64,000 bases of DNA from Lingula anatina (taxonomy: Eukaryota > Animalia > Brachiopoda): positions 20,208,587 through 20,272,586 of the forward strand of contig CM120648.1 of NCBI GenBank assembly GCA_051362555.1, given 5' to 3'. A program made the position numbers and the translations under genes. Under the pieces are notes generated by a model that worked only from the letters and a program-made list of their open reading frames with translations, searched no databases and had not been told where the DNA came from. Position 1 is the stretch's first letter. Each line of letters begins with the position of its first letter. Positions 1-11,896 of this stretch are shown piece after piece.

Positions 1-161
1 ATGTGTAATGGCAAAGTTTCATGTGGCTTTATCTTGGGCAGACGAAGTAGATTGTGTTTATTATTTTGAAGGCAAGGAAAGAATTGGTACGAAATTCATG
101 CGTAAGCACTCCTTTTTGCGGTTATAAATATGTGTTTTCTGGTTGTGTTTACGTTATTTAG

Positions 162-164
<3 letters not shown>

Positions 165-192
<28 letters not shown>
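165..192 (+). repeat. (GA)n microsatellite
   Basis: Dinucleotide run visible directly. Confidence 0.95.
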
Positions 193-195
<3 letters not shown>

Positions 196-385
196 TGCAC
201 AAAATATGATCGACTTGCGTTTTTTCAGCATCACCAAACTAAGTTGGTCTAACTAAAGTCATTAATCGTTTACGCACACACAGATTACAAATATCAGGCC
301 CATTTCAACCGTGTAGAGTACAGTAGACTATATGAACATGTACATCAGACTTAGATAAGGACCTGCAAAGACCGTTCATGCTCAC

Positions 386-476
386 CAGGATTGAAATCAT
401 CCACGTAGAGGGTGGCGATGTAGACGGCAGTCACAGTGAGGAGGACAGCAAACAGTGTTTTTGTCTTGGAACCCAT
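386..476 (-). CDS. Putative first coding exon of an unidentified secreted or membrane-anchored protein (gene continues off the left edge)
   Basis: ATG at 476 reads MGSKTKTLFAVLLTVTAVYIATLYVDDFNP (basic N-terminus then hydrophobic core), ending at a G|GTGAGC donor at 385. No downstream exon identified. Confidence 0.45.
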
Positions 477-1640
477 GTTGAATTATTTCTCACGTCCAGT
501 TCTCAAACAAAGAGCATACCAGTACGCGATATTCTGCATCCCTGAGTGACCTTTTAACGGCCAACTCCCCGTTCTACCAGTAGCATTGAGACCTATCGTT
601 ATTAAACTGTGAACAGAGCATTATTGATCAGGTCAGGTCAGTACGTAAGATAACAGGTACGTGTGAGGTACACTGGCTGACAGGAGTCTAAAGTCGACAA
701 CACTGCTGGCTTGTACAGGGGGGGGATCTTATAGAGCACATTCAACTAAAACACTTATCATACATATTATTTAGATATTTATATTTTTATTATGAATACT
801 GCGGATATTAAGAGGACACGAGACATTCACTTACACTTAACATTTAAAAGGTTAAATGAATAAGACTGAAGTAGCCTATACATGTGGCTAGAAACAAACG
901 GTGGTATGGAAGTGTTAGGTAATCATCATGTACAGGTACGTGTTGTGTACACAAACAGACACTTGTCTTGTGCGTTCTTGTTTATGTTTTCTGGTTCAGA
1001 CAGGACAGCCGGTAATTAAGGGGATATGTATAGACAGTTCAAAATGAAAGAACGATGTTATACACAGTCTCCAAGCGTTTGATTTTGAAGAACTATAAAC
1101 CTTGTTCAAATTCATAATAGAAGTCGCATGGTCGTTTATACCATCAAATATAATGTTTATTTTTTACCGTCCCGAATCCAAAATCCTCTCAGAATCCAAT
1201 CCATCATTGTGATTATATTGATTAACTTTTCTCCGAATATGTTCTGGCTGCGCAAAAAATAGATTTGAACACCTTTTGGGACATGAGTTAACGCAGTATT
1301 TCACAATCAATATTATTTTAATAAAGTAGATGCCGATAATTCCCATTACTCTAGCTCTGTTACTAATGAGAAATTCCATTCTGAATTTGATAAAAATAAT
1401 GGTTAACAGTACCCCTCATAAGATAGGAGTAATTTACATTCAAAAATAAGCTGTGTAATAGATTCTACCGCTTTCATACAAAAGTTACACAATTTACTGC
1501 ATCATATACACGTCTTACTAACACCTGTACATATGATGGCCTTACTCAAAAAATCACCACAACAAATCACCGCTTCTTATTCACTCGTGACTGTTACTTA
1601 CTAATATTACACACACACACACACACACATACACAGTACA

Positions 1641-1894
1641 TGTTGGAACGTATAGAAAAAGCATGTCCATGCAAACGAAGCGCACTATCAGTTGTAGTAA
1701 CGTACCCGTATTTTAAAGCTCGTATGTCAATGTCTGTAGTGGACATGGATTTAGTTTTAGCTCCGCCTCCTATTGCCTACTTTGTATATATTCACGCCCT
1801 GCTCATTGAGTGGGTAGTTTTTGATCAGTCTCTGTAGATAATAAACGTGTAGTTTTTTTCAACTCTCGTTTTTTCTCTGAACCGCATACCGACA
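1641..1894 (+). repeat. 5' LTR of BEL/Pao element
   Basis: Starts TGTTGG, ends CCGACA, contains AATAAA; no differences from the 3' LTR seen by eye. Confidence 0.95.
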
Positions 1895-1899
1895 TTTTT

Positions 1900-1917
1900 T
1901 GGTGCCGTGACCAGGAT
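1900..1917 (+). other. Primer-binding site, tRNA-His-like
   Basis: TGGTGCCGTGACCAGGAT just after the LTR resembles the reverse complement of the eukaryotic tRNA-His 3' end (TGGTGCCGTGACTCGGAT). Confidence 0.75.
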
Positions 1918-1921
1918 AACT

Positions 1922-4900
1922 ATGGCTGCAGAGAGAAATCAAAAACTCCGGTCGGCGAACCGAGCCCAGCTAACGAAGCTGTTTCAACGAGCATCAAGTT
2001 TGATGTCTGATGAGCCGTCCGTAGAAAATGTGGAAACATTGGACTTAACGTACGAACTAATCGAGGAAAAGATGGAGTATCTAAAAACATTAGACGAGAG
2101 GATACTATCCAAACTTTCAGATGAAAAGATGGAAGACGGCGTTGCCGAAGCAGACGAATTTATGTTTTCAGCTAAAGAGAAGCTCCGTCGCATTCGAAAA
2201 CATAAAGAAAATATGCAGTCAGAAGAACGCCGAAGCGAGCCTTCGTTTTCTAACGCTCCCACTCCAACTGATGACCCTCCGCGGAGCAACATGAAACGAA
2301 ATTACAGGCTCCCCAAACTCATCCTATCCAGGTTTGATGGAAATCTCCTTCAATGGCCCGCTTTCAACGACGACTTCGTCAGTGCTATAGACGAAAACGA
2401 GACGCTGTCAACTATCGAGAAATTCCAGTTTTTACGGGCGCAGTTGGACGGCGAAGCGTTTTCTACAATCGCGGGATTACAGCTTACGGCTAATAATTAC
2501 GAAAATGCGAAGGAACTTCTTCGAGAAAGGTATGGACAAACTCACAAAATCATTAATGCATTCATGAGAGCTCTTTGGGAGCTTCCACGCCCCGATGAAG
2601 ATATAAAATCATTGAGATTTTTCTACGATAGGATCGAGACTTTCATTAGAGGACTCAGCTCTTTAGGAAAAGAAGAACAAAGTTATGGAGAACTCTTGAT
2701 TCCTATGATTCTAGATAAATTGCCTGCCAACACGCGCAGACAAATCGCAAGAGCGCATGGAAACAATGAATGGTCAATCGCCGATCTGCGCAGTACACTT
2801 AAGTCTGAGATCGACGCCCTACAAGCTGGAGAAATAGACGGGTTCAACCAAGAGAAATCGTACCGACCCACTGCTGCGTTTTTCACCAATAGTAACACGA
2901 AGAAAACGACGAACAAGCCGAAAAGAAAATTGAAATGCGCTTTCTGCAAAAATGAACATAGCTCTATCACGTGCCCAGTTGTGTCGGAACAGGAAAAACG
3001 CTTTGAAATAGCAAAAAGAGACAATTTATGCTTTAACTGTCTTACGCCCAACCATTCAAGCCGAAAATGCCTGTCTAAATTTCGCTGCAGAAGTTGCAAT
3101 GGAAAACACCACACCGCCCTTCATGCTAAGCAAAACAGTGAACCAAGCGCCGCTCAGAAAGCGCGGGAACCGCCTGCCGTGGAACATGCGGCGAGCACCT
3201 TCACTCAAGGGTCAAAAAATCAAAGGAATGTTGTCTTGTTAAAAACGGCTATCGTGGAGGTCTCCAACAAACAAACACCCTTCCAATTATCGGCAACTAG
3301 TGGGGTCTTGTTCGACGAAGGAGCGACCAGATCATTCATCACAGAAGAGCTTGTTCATAAACTTCAGCTCCAGCCAACTCATTCTGAGGAGATCAATTTG
3401 TCTGTATTTGGAATGGACTGTAAACAACCTCAGACTTTTGACATCGTCACAATCTCCCTGAAAACAACATCAAAAGAATTTGTTGATATTAACGCAGTCG
3501 TCGTTCCTGAAATTTCCGCTCCACTCCATAATTTAGTGACACGTAGGACAGGCAATTTGTCCCACTTAAGGAACTTGAGACTGGCTCACACACCATCTGA
3601 TGACAGATCGCCTTTTTTCGTCTCTGTGCTAATTGGTGCCGATCATTACTGGGACTTTGTTGAAGATACAATCGTGCGAGGTCCAGGGCCCACCGCTGTC
3701 GCTTCCAAATTTGGATACTTACTCTCGGGCCCCGCCCACTCCGATGACTACGTCACAGCAAACGACACCGCTTTTCATGTCATGGCGAAACAGCGCAACG
3801 CAGAAGACGATACCCTGGACAAATTCTGGAACCTAGAATCCATTGGCATTAAAGACAATAAACAAACTGTCCAGGATCCCTCCGATTTTCAGAATTTCCA
3901 GAGAAATTACATTGAAAAACGTGATGACCAATATGTGGCCAAATTGCCGTGGAAAACCGACCACAGTCCTTTGCCTACGAATTATCGCAACGCATGTCAT
4001 CGAACACGTAATACCGTACGCAAGTTACCAGTAGAAACGCGACTTGTGTATGACACTATCATCAGGAATCAAGAAAAACGCAACTTTATTGAGAAAGTAG
4101 GCGATGACGATACTTCCAGTGGACATTACCTGCCTCACCGCCCTGTAAAAAAGGATTCGATTACAACACCAATTCGAATAGTTTACGACTGCAGCGCAAA
4201 GGCCACACCTGATGACCCCAGTCTGAATGACTGTCTATTTAAAGGACCGCAGCTACTTAATGACCTTGTTGGAATCTTTTTAAGATTTCGAATTCACAAT
4301 GTTGCGATCACTAGTGACATTGAAAAAGCATTCTTAAACATAGGATTGCACGAAGATGACCGAGATTTTACGAAATTTTTGTGGCTTGAAGATCCAGAAG
4401 ACACTGAAAGTAAGTTTGAAGTGTACCGCTTTACGTCAGTTCTCTTTGGAAGCATTTCCAGTCCAGCCATTCTTAATTCCGTAGTACGCTTGCATTTGAA
4501 TATGTTCGAGAATGGCACCGCCAAAGCCCTGAAACGGGACATCTACGTGGATAATATTGTGACGGGAACTGACACCTCAAACCAAGCCATTCAAATGTAC
4601 GAGGAATCAAATGATTTGCTTGCATCTGCAGGATTCAATCTTCAATCGTGGGCTACCAATGACCCCAAGCTCCACAACATAGTCGAAACTGACGGAGTAG
4701 CTCACGCAGACCACAAGAATACACCGATGTTGGGAATGATATGGGACACTGAACAAGATACGTTATCTTACAAGTCCGGTGAAGAAATCCCAGTCAGTCA
4801 AGTCACCAAACGCGAAGTGATTAGTCGCATTTCTCGAGTTTACGACCCGCTAGGTCTGTTAGCACCAGTTATTGTTCGAGGTAAAATGTTCATGCAAGAA

Positions 4901-7387
4901 CTCTGGAAAGCGGAACTCGATTGGGATCAAACTTTACCTCCAGAACTAAGCGAAACTTGGAAAGAAATTGCTGCTGATCTTGAACAATGTTCATTGCTGA
5001 AAGTTACCCGGCAGTATTTCTCAAACACCAAGGAGTCACAACAGCCCATGGAATTACATTGTTTTGTCGACGCCAGTGAAAAGGCGTATGGATGCGCCGT
5101 ATATCTACGAAACGGAGAACAAACTACTTTAGTCATGTCTAAATCGCGCGTTGCCCCAGTGAAAACGATCACTATTCCGCGCCTTGAACTGATGGCAGCA
5201 GTTCTAGGAACCCGCCTCACAAGTTTTGTTCATGACCAACTGAAAGAGAACATTCACATTGCGAAATGTGTTCTGTGGACAGACAGCCAAATTGTGCTGT
5301 GCTGGATTAAAAGCGACAAACATCTACCGTTGTTTGTCCGAAATCGTGTCAACGAAATCAAACCGTCGTTGTTCAACGAATACAGATATTGTCCGACGGA
5401 TGACAACCCGGCCGATCTCATAACACGCGGTACGACCGTATTGTCACTAGAAATCGCAACTATATGGTGGGAAGGACCCGCCTGGCTCACACAGGGAGAT
5501 TGGCCCATAGGAGAGTACAACAGTACTGTGATGCATTTGAGAACAGAGCGGGTAGAGTTTGCCCCACTTACCCCAAGTGATTCGTTGAATGAGCAACTCT
5601 TTAAAAACAATCCAAATGTCATTGACCCTACGACCGCAGTTCAGGGTCATTCCGTTGAAACTGATATTTCCGACAAAGCCAACAACCAAAGAATGCGAGG
5701 AAATCAGCCGCTCACAACGAAAACAGACATTTCAAAGGTGATCAACATAGGCCGACATGGCACGCTTCCGAAACTATTAAACGTTACGGCATTGGTGCTC
5801 AGATTTGTTGCCGTTATGAAGGGGAAAATACACAAGACGTCATCTTACGTAATTACAAACGCCTCGCCTTCTGCAGAAGAAATCGTTAATGCAGAAGAAA
5901 TGTGGATCAAGTGTGTTCAAGAGAAAGCTTTCTATCAAGAACTTGACTCATTGAAAGGAGGAAAATCTAAATCAAATACTGTTAAGCAACTTTCTTTGTT
6001 TTTAGACAGTAATGGCATTATACGACTTACAGGTCGCTTACAAAACGCACCCTTGACTTACGACGCAAAACACCCGATACTATTACCACGGCAACATCCA
6101 TTCACTTTGTTAGTGATTAATGACGCGCACAAACGAGCGCTACATTCCGGCATGCAATCAACTGTAACAAGTATCAGGCAGAGATTTTGGATCCCCAGAG
6201 CACGTGAAACTGTCAACCGCGTCCTACGTAAATGTGTCACATGCAGACGCTTGATCGGCAGACCCTATGCTTCTCCGGTTGCTCCGCCTCTACGAACGTT
6301 CAGAGTTCACGATGCTCCCCCGTTTACGGTCACTGGGGTTGATTTTACAGGGGCACTCTACGTCAAAACGTCCACGAATTGTGAAGCGAAAGCCTACATA
6401 TGTTTATTTACTTGCTCCGCTACTCGCGCCGTCCACCTGGAAGTTGTGAATGACTTATCTACATCTTCATTTATAAATGCATTTCGAAGATTCGCTGCCA
6501 GGAGATCACTACCTACGAAAATGATTAGTGACAACGCAACAACTTTTCATTCAGCCGCCAATGAAATCAATAAACTTTTCGAAAATGAAGATGTACGTCG
6601 ATATCTAAGTCAAAATAGAGTGAAGTGGGAATTCATCCCTAGAAGAGCACCGTGGTTTGGTGGCTTTTGGGAAAGATTAATTGGTCTCACGAAGAATGCA
6701 ATGAGAAAAACACTAGGACGCGCTCGCATCACGCTAGACGAATTGCATACCATAACATCGGAAATAGAAGCAACACTGAATGACCGCCCCATTACCTACG
6801 TTAATGAGGGTGAACCTCTTACACCATCAATGCTTTTGAGCGGACGTCGAATCAACACACTACCTTGCAAACTGACAGATGAGGATGAAAGATTGGATCC
6901 GACGTTCGCACCAGATGGCACAATCTCCAAAGAACACTTGACAAAACGATTGAAACATGTGCAGGAGGTCAATGCACATTTCACGCAAAGATGGACCTCC
7001 GAATATCTCACTGCACTAAGGGAAAGGGACAATATGAATGGGGTTAAACAAAATACTGTTCAAGTTGGAGACGTAGTACTAATTCATGAGGATATTAAAC
7101 CTAGACTTCTGTGGGATTTGGGTCTAATTACAAAACTGAGCTACGGCAATGACGGAATAGTGCGATCAGCAACATTGAAAACTAAGTATGGAACAACAAA
7201 TCGCCCTATTACGAAACTTTATCCCCTCGAAATTTCCGTTAATTATGACACTGCCCCTGCCCTGAGAGAGGTCACACTGTCCAAAGAAATTACTGATGAA
7301 AACATCAACATACCAGCCCGTAACACGAGACGCGCCGCCCAGCAAGCAAAAGAAAACATCGCTAGATGGATTCAAGAACTGAAATGA
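1922..7387 (+). CDS. BEL/Pao Gag-Pol polyprotein (Gag, Zn knuckles, aspartic protease, RT, RNase H, integrase)
   Basis: Uninterrupted ORF of about 1820 aa: FDGNLLQWPAF Gag motif, CAFC/CFNC/CRSC knuckles, LFDEGATRSF protease, DIEKAF and YVDN RT, FVDASEKAYG RNase H, HHCC plus GVDFTG/SDNATTF/WERL integrase. Confidence 0.97.
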   Translation: MAAERNQKLRSANRAQLTKLFQRASSLMSDEPSVENVETLDLTYELIEEKMEYLKTLDERILSKLSDEKMEDGVAEADEFMFSAKEKLRRIRKHKENMQSEERRSEPSFSNAPTPTDDPPRSNMKRNYRLPKLILSRFDGNLLQWPAFNDDFVSAIDENETLSTIEKFQFLRAQLDGEAFSTIAGLQLTANNYENAKELLRERYGQTHKIINAFMRALWELPRPDEDIKSLRFFYDRIETFIRGLSSLGKEEQSYGELLIPMILDKLPANTRRQIARAHGNNEWSIADLRSTLKSEIDALQAGEIDGFNQEKSYRPTAAFFTNSNTKKTTNKPKRKLKCAFCKNEHSSITCPVVSEQEKRFEIAKRDNLCFNCLTPNHSSRKCLSKFRCRSCNGKHHTALHAKQNSEPSAAQKAREPPAVEHAASTFTQGSKNQRNVVLLKTAIVEVSNKQTPFQLSATSGVLFDEGATRSFITEELVHKLQLQPTHSEEINLSVFGMDCKQPQTFDIVTISLKTTSKEFVDINAVVVPEISAPLHNLVTRRTGNLSHLRNLRLAHTPSDDRSPFFVSVLIGADHYWDFVEDTIVRGPGPTAVASKFGYLLSGPAHSDDYVTANDTAFHVMAKQRNAEDDTLDKFWNLESIGIKDNKQTVQDPSDFQNFQRNYIEKRDDQYVAKLPWKTDHSPLPTNYRNACHRTRNTVRKLPVETRLVYDTIIRNQEKRNFIEKVGDDDTSSGHYLPHRPVKKDSITTPIRIVYDCSAKATPDDPSLNDCLFKGPQLLNDLVGIFLRFRIHNVAITSDIEKAFLNIGLHEDDRDFTKFLWLEDPEDTESKFEVYRFTSVLFGSISSPAILNSVVRLHLNMFENGTAKALKRDIYVDNIVTGTDTSNQAIQMYEESNDLLASAGFNLQSWATNDPKLHNIVETDGVAHADHKNTPMLGMIWDTEQDTLSYKSGEEIPVSQVTKREVISRISRVYDPLGLLAPVIVRGKMFMQELWKAELDWDQTLPPELSETWKEIAADLEQCSLLKVTRQYFSNTKESQQPMELHCFVDASEKAYGCAVYLRNGEQTTLVMSKSRVAPVKTITIPRLELMAAVLGTRLTSFVHDQLKENIHIAKCVLWTDSQIVLCWIKSDKHLPLFVRNRVNEIKPSLFNEYRYCPTDDNPADLITRGTTVLSLEIATIWWEGPAWLTQGDWPIGEYNSTVMHLRTERVEFAPLTPSDSLNEQLFKNNPNVIDPTTAVQGHSVETDISDKANNQRMRGNQPLTTKTDISKVINIGRHGTLPKLLNVTALVLRFVAVMKGKIHKTSSYVITNASPSAEEIVNAEEMWIKCVQEKAFYQELDSLKGGKSKSNTVKQLSLFLDSNGIIRLTGRLQNAPLTYDAKHPILLPRQHPFTLLVINDAHKRALHSGMQSTVTSIRQRFWIPRARETVNRVLRKCVTCRRLIGRPYASPVAPPLRTFRVHDAPPFTVTGVDFTGALYVKTSTNCEAKAYICLFTCSATRAVHLEVVNDLSTSSFINAFRRFAARRSLPTKMISDNATTFHSAANEINKLFENEDVRRYLSQNRVKWEFIPRRAPWFGGFWERLIGLTKNAMRKTLGRARITLDELHTITSEIEATLNDRPITYVNEGEPLTPSMLLSGRRINTLPCKLTDEDERLDPTFAPDGTISKEHLTKRLKHVQEVNAHFTQRWTSEYLTALRERDNMNGVKQNTVQVGDVVLIHEDIKPRLLWDLGLITKLSYGNDGIVRSATLKTKYGTTNRPITKLYPLEISVNYDTAPALREVTLSKEITDENINIPARNTRRAAQQAKENIARWIQELK

Positions 7388-7699
7388 GAATGAACTTTGA
7401 TTACTTATGGAACTATTAGACTCTTCAATTGAAACTGTTTGAAACATTTAATCAAGCGTATTAATGGATTATTTAACCTTACTATTGGAATATTTCTAAT
7501 TAGCGTTGCTTTGGACTTCGTTTTTTGTTTCAATGACAATCTATTGCATAAATGTTTACATTAATCAGTACTTACTGACTAATACATCGCAAGGACTTGT
7601 TGATATGACTTACGTTTAATGGAATATTTGGATTTCTTGCTTATTTTAAAACACTTAATGCTTTCATGTTTACTTTTACAACTTGTTGCCCCCGGAGAA

Positions 7700-7953
7700 T
7701 GTTGGAACGTATAGAAAAAGCATGTCCATGCAAACGAAGCGCACTATCAGTTGTAGTAACGTACCCGTATTTTAAAGCTCGTATGTCAATGTCTGTAGTG
7801 GACATGGATTTAGTTTTAGCTCCGCCTCCTATTGCCTACTTTGTATATATTCACGCCCTGCTCATTGAGTGGGTAGTTTTTGATCAGTCTCTGTAGATAA
7901 TAAACGTGTAGTTTTTTTCAACTCTCGTTTTTTCTCTGAACCGCATACCGACA
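7700..7953 (+). repeat. 3' LTR of BEL/Pao element
   Basis: Direct repeat of 1641-1894. Confidence 0.95.
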
Positions 7954-8170
7954 GTACACACACAGAACACACACACAGTACACACAAACACACACACACA
8001 CACACAGTACACACACACAGTACACACAAACACACACACACACAGTACACACAAACACACACACACACAGTACACACACACACTCTTTTATGTGTCCATC
8101 TGACAGCCGAAAAGCACTGTGTGTGTGTTTTGTGTGTGTGTGTGTTTTGTGTGTGTGTGTGTGTGTGTGT
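7954..8170. repeat. Compound (CA)n/(CACAGTA) and (TG)n microsatellite, continuous with 1609-1640 before the BEL insertion
   Basis: CA-rich arm 7954-8083 and TG-rich arm 8118-8170. Confidence 0.9.
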
Positions 8171-9423
8171 AGCGACAACATAGGTCACTTACGCTGTTGT
8201 GAATACAGTGTACTACTAGGAAATAATGGTGATGACGAAGGGGGGGGGGCACTTATTCCAAGGATCAGCAAGTGATGACGATCTAGAGGATGAACATCAA
8301 GAAAAGCAGCATCATCTTGTAACAAAAAAGTGCTCAATTTGTAAAATAAAACTATAAACACATGTCGGGGTTCTTGAAGAGGCTGTTTAATATGTTTTGG
8401 CATTATGTCACACTGTAAGTAAGTTAAACAAAGTAAGGGTATAGTTTCAAATTCAGTACTTTTCGGTCAATCATATTGGACACGTGTACTCAGTTCAGTT
8501 ATGGACGAGGTGATGAATAGTTTGCTTCTTTCTCTCATTTGTAACAAAATTCAGGTCAAAACAAAGCTTCACAAATCATTGCGATATCATTTATTGTTAC
8601 TAGTAACAAATACAGTCATTGGATTCATGCCGGAGTCAATGTTGTACTTGTAGACCCGTGCTTTGCTGGCTCAAGATCGTCATCATGATGAATTGCTGAA
8701 AACAAGGAAAATGTATAGTATGAATATATATGTTATGATAGTCACTAAGCAATTTAAAGAAACTATTTAAAAGGATAGCAGTTCTTAAAAATGTATATTA
8801 ATTAATTGCTGCTGGAACAGAATGTTCTGAGGATAGTCTCTCATTGTTAAAAGAACTAATACGACTAATAAACAACAAGTTTAAACAAAATAAAATTGAA
8901 AGCATATCAGGAACGTGCCTGTATTTCGTGGTATAAGCATTAAACACGCTAAAACAATATTGAGAACACCAGTGGGATTGGTTAAGTGCAGTATTTCCTG
9001 TCAGCAATCAAATCCTCCGAAAGTAGAAATGTTTCCTCAAATGCAAATTGAGGATGCAAAAATATTTTTTTGGTAGAAATATTAATCTTTTGAATAAATT
9101 CTCTCTCCATTCAATTCCAGATAAATCATTTATGCGTTCTACTAAAACAATAAATATTCATCATAATCCCTGTGTTGATCTTGTTTTTAATATTCTTAAA
9201 TTAGGCTCAAATGCATTTATAAAGATCATCTAAAATTACACATGTAAATATAAAACACCCACGCTTTCAGCAAAGCGCCTTCTTCAGGGACTGTTTAAGC
9301 ATAATTTTAACATTAAAGCCACCTACAGTCACAATCAACATCAAAATGGAAGGACCTCCTTAACTCTCGAGAATGCATAAATAAATATCCAAACAGCGCA
9401 CCTGAAATTAAGAATACATAAGG

Positions 9424-9570
9424 CATGTTAGCGACTTTTTGATAGGCTCCAACAAAATGCTAGTGGCATTATGATAGGCTCTTATAAACATGTTAGCGAC
9501 ATTATGATAGGCTCTTACAAACATGTTAGCGACATTATAATAGGCTCTTACATACATTATATTAGGCTCT
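9424..9570 (+). repeat. 33-bp minisatellite, about 4.5 copies
   Basis: Unit CATGTTAGCGACATTATGATAGGCTCTTACAAA repeated with variants. Confidence 0.8.
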
Positions 9571-11262
9571 AACGATTACTGGGAGGGTCTACAGTCTATC
9601 GGATATTTAGCTGCTATCCCCGATATTCAATCCGATCCAAAAGTAAAAACAAGGCAGCAAAGCTGTCAAATGTACAAACAGAAATCAGAAAATAATAATT
9701 CACAACATTTTAATTTTAACAATAAACTATATGATTTCCATAAAAGTTGTCAGGTTTTTCAATTGTAGCTGTATTTTAGTCCTGTGTTACCTTTCTGTAA
9801 GTTTGAGAAGAGTAAGTGGCATGGTTTTCCTTTAATGGTCACTATGGGGGCAGTGCCCACTTAATTTTTGATGCAAAATTACATAATGCTTAACAGCATA
9901 ATGACCATCAATTTTTAATAATAAAACAAAAGTATGGTGAATATTCAGAAAATGTGACATGGAAAGGTCTTCAAGGCCATGGAAGTTCAGAGTCACACCT
10001 TGAAAATGACAAAATGTAAACAAGAGGTAACTATGATGAAATGAGTTTATTTCCATTTTCAACATCATTTTACATAAAACAAAATAATCATTTTAATGTC
10101 GTTTTTAAATGATCAACTAAGAAAATTGTTGACATAGGGAAAATATCAATAGAAAAAAAAAATTAAATGTCCATTGCTGCATTCTGAGATTCTGAACATG
10201 GTAAATGATTGAATCTGACAAACTGCTATGATATGAGTTTATTTCCGTTTTTGACACTTTATTACACAATATACAATAACAGGTTTACCATCATTTTTAT
10301 GTAATCAACTAACAATATTTTTAAGATGGAGAAAATGTCCAAGGAACACTTGTGCATATCAAATTAGTTAAAAAAATGAGACTATTAACATGCCTAAGAC
10401 TTAAATCTGAGGCAGAAAACACTCCTGCCCCCCACCCCCCACCCCCCAAAAAAGGCATAACTTCACCAAAACTTTTTTTCAAACTGGATCTGTATTTCAG
10501 TAAGATTGATCGTTCCTATGAGTTGCAAGACAATAGGCTTTTCAGATTGCCTTGAAATGTGGTATCAGTGTTGCATATGTGCTGAAAAAAGAGAGAAATA
10601 TATATATACATATAACTTTTGTAAAAATGGTTCGATCAAGCTGATTTTAAAACTCCACCTGTATTTTAGTAAGATTGTTCACTCCTGCACTCCTGTGAAT
10701 TTCAAGACAATTAGCCAATTCAAAACCTTTGGCCTTTGGAATTTATTTGAGCCATACAAGCTACTAGTAGAAGTGGTTTATATGCATTATTGGGAATCCA
10801 CGCTTCACCAAAAAAATAAATCACTCCATCAACCATAAAATAGCTTTAAACTACTCATTGCTTTAACTTTTCGGTCATAAATTTATCCTACTTGACAGTA
10901 TCTGACCTAATTATCTACACTCTTCATATACAGCAGAGAAAGCTAGCAGCAAAATATGTTCAAATATTTTTCGGTGAATATTAAGCAATGTCTTTTGGTA
11001 ATTTTCTTGATTATACTATTTGACACTATCTGCTGGCATTAGGTTGGCTTTTGTGGCAAAAATTTACTTCGTATATGTATGCATATTTAAAAGTATTTGT
11101 CTTCCTATAAATTGTGATGGTGCTTTGTAAGTTAATGTTTCATGAAATCCTTCCTTAGATACTTTGTATTGTGGTTGAAGGAATCTGTGACGGAACAGAT
11201 TAATATAAACAATACATTTATATAATATTGTATTTCTGGTCTTAAATTCCCCGTTGGTCTTC

Positions 11263-11310
<48 letters not shown>
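11263..11310 (+). repeat. (TAT)n microsatellite
   Basis: Trinucleotide run visible directly. Confidence 0.95.
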
Positions 11311-11311
<1 letters not shown>

Positions 11312-11842
11312 GATTTTCTTTCTGCTTTCGTCATGATAGACGCAAACGCGGTGCTCTGTTCCTGCGCCAAACCTGATAACCTTCCCCTTTACCGGCACTA
11401 CCAATGTTGTCTACCTATATTTTCCATTCAAGTTTCGATCTGCTGTCGGGACCCACATCATGTTAAACCAGGCATGGTTCTTAGTAGTTCTATACATGTT
11501 ACCACATAACAAGGACTGAACACATGCTGATATACACTGTAGATCCTGTGGCACAACAATCTGTATACATGCATTTATGCATATTTTTACGTAACTGGGT
11601 GTTTATGTGAATCACTATCATTCAGTTCATGTACACTTTGGGTTAAAACACAAACTAATGCACACACGCACATACAAACAGAGAGAGAGAGAGAGAAGGT
11701 GGGGAGTGAGAGAGAGAGCATTACAATCACCTGTCCTCTTCTTCACTGGAGCAGCTGGAAAAAATGTGATAAACATTTTATAAAACAAAATAACTGTTGA
11801 ATCGCTTCAAGAGATTCCAGTCGAAACTTTCTTTTTTTTCTC

Positions 11843-11896
<54 letters not shown>

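Larger units (their letters stand above)
1641..7953 (+). mobile_element. Full-length BEL/Pao LTR retrotransposon
   Basis: 254-bp TG...CA LTRs at 1641-1894 and 7700-7953; 5-bp TSD GTACA (1636-1640, 7954-7958); PBS after the 5' LTR; CCCCGGAGAA before the 3' LTR; single gag-pol ORF. Confidence 0.97.

Noticed and set aside
1640-1837. Identical short ORFs at 1640 and within 7666-7896
   Set aside because: Chance ORF inside the duplicated LTR.
1900-1917. tRNA-like sequence (also at 25270 and 48191)
   Set aside because: Short primer-binding sites, not tRNA genes.
7862-8275. Cys/Val- or His/Thr-rich ORFs
   Set aside because: Translations of (CA)/(TG) microsatellite.
8780-9240. Possible fossil LINE 3' fragment on the minus strand
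   Set aside because: Only vague similarity, no diagnostic motif.
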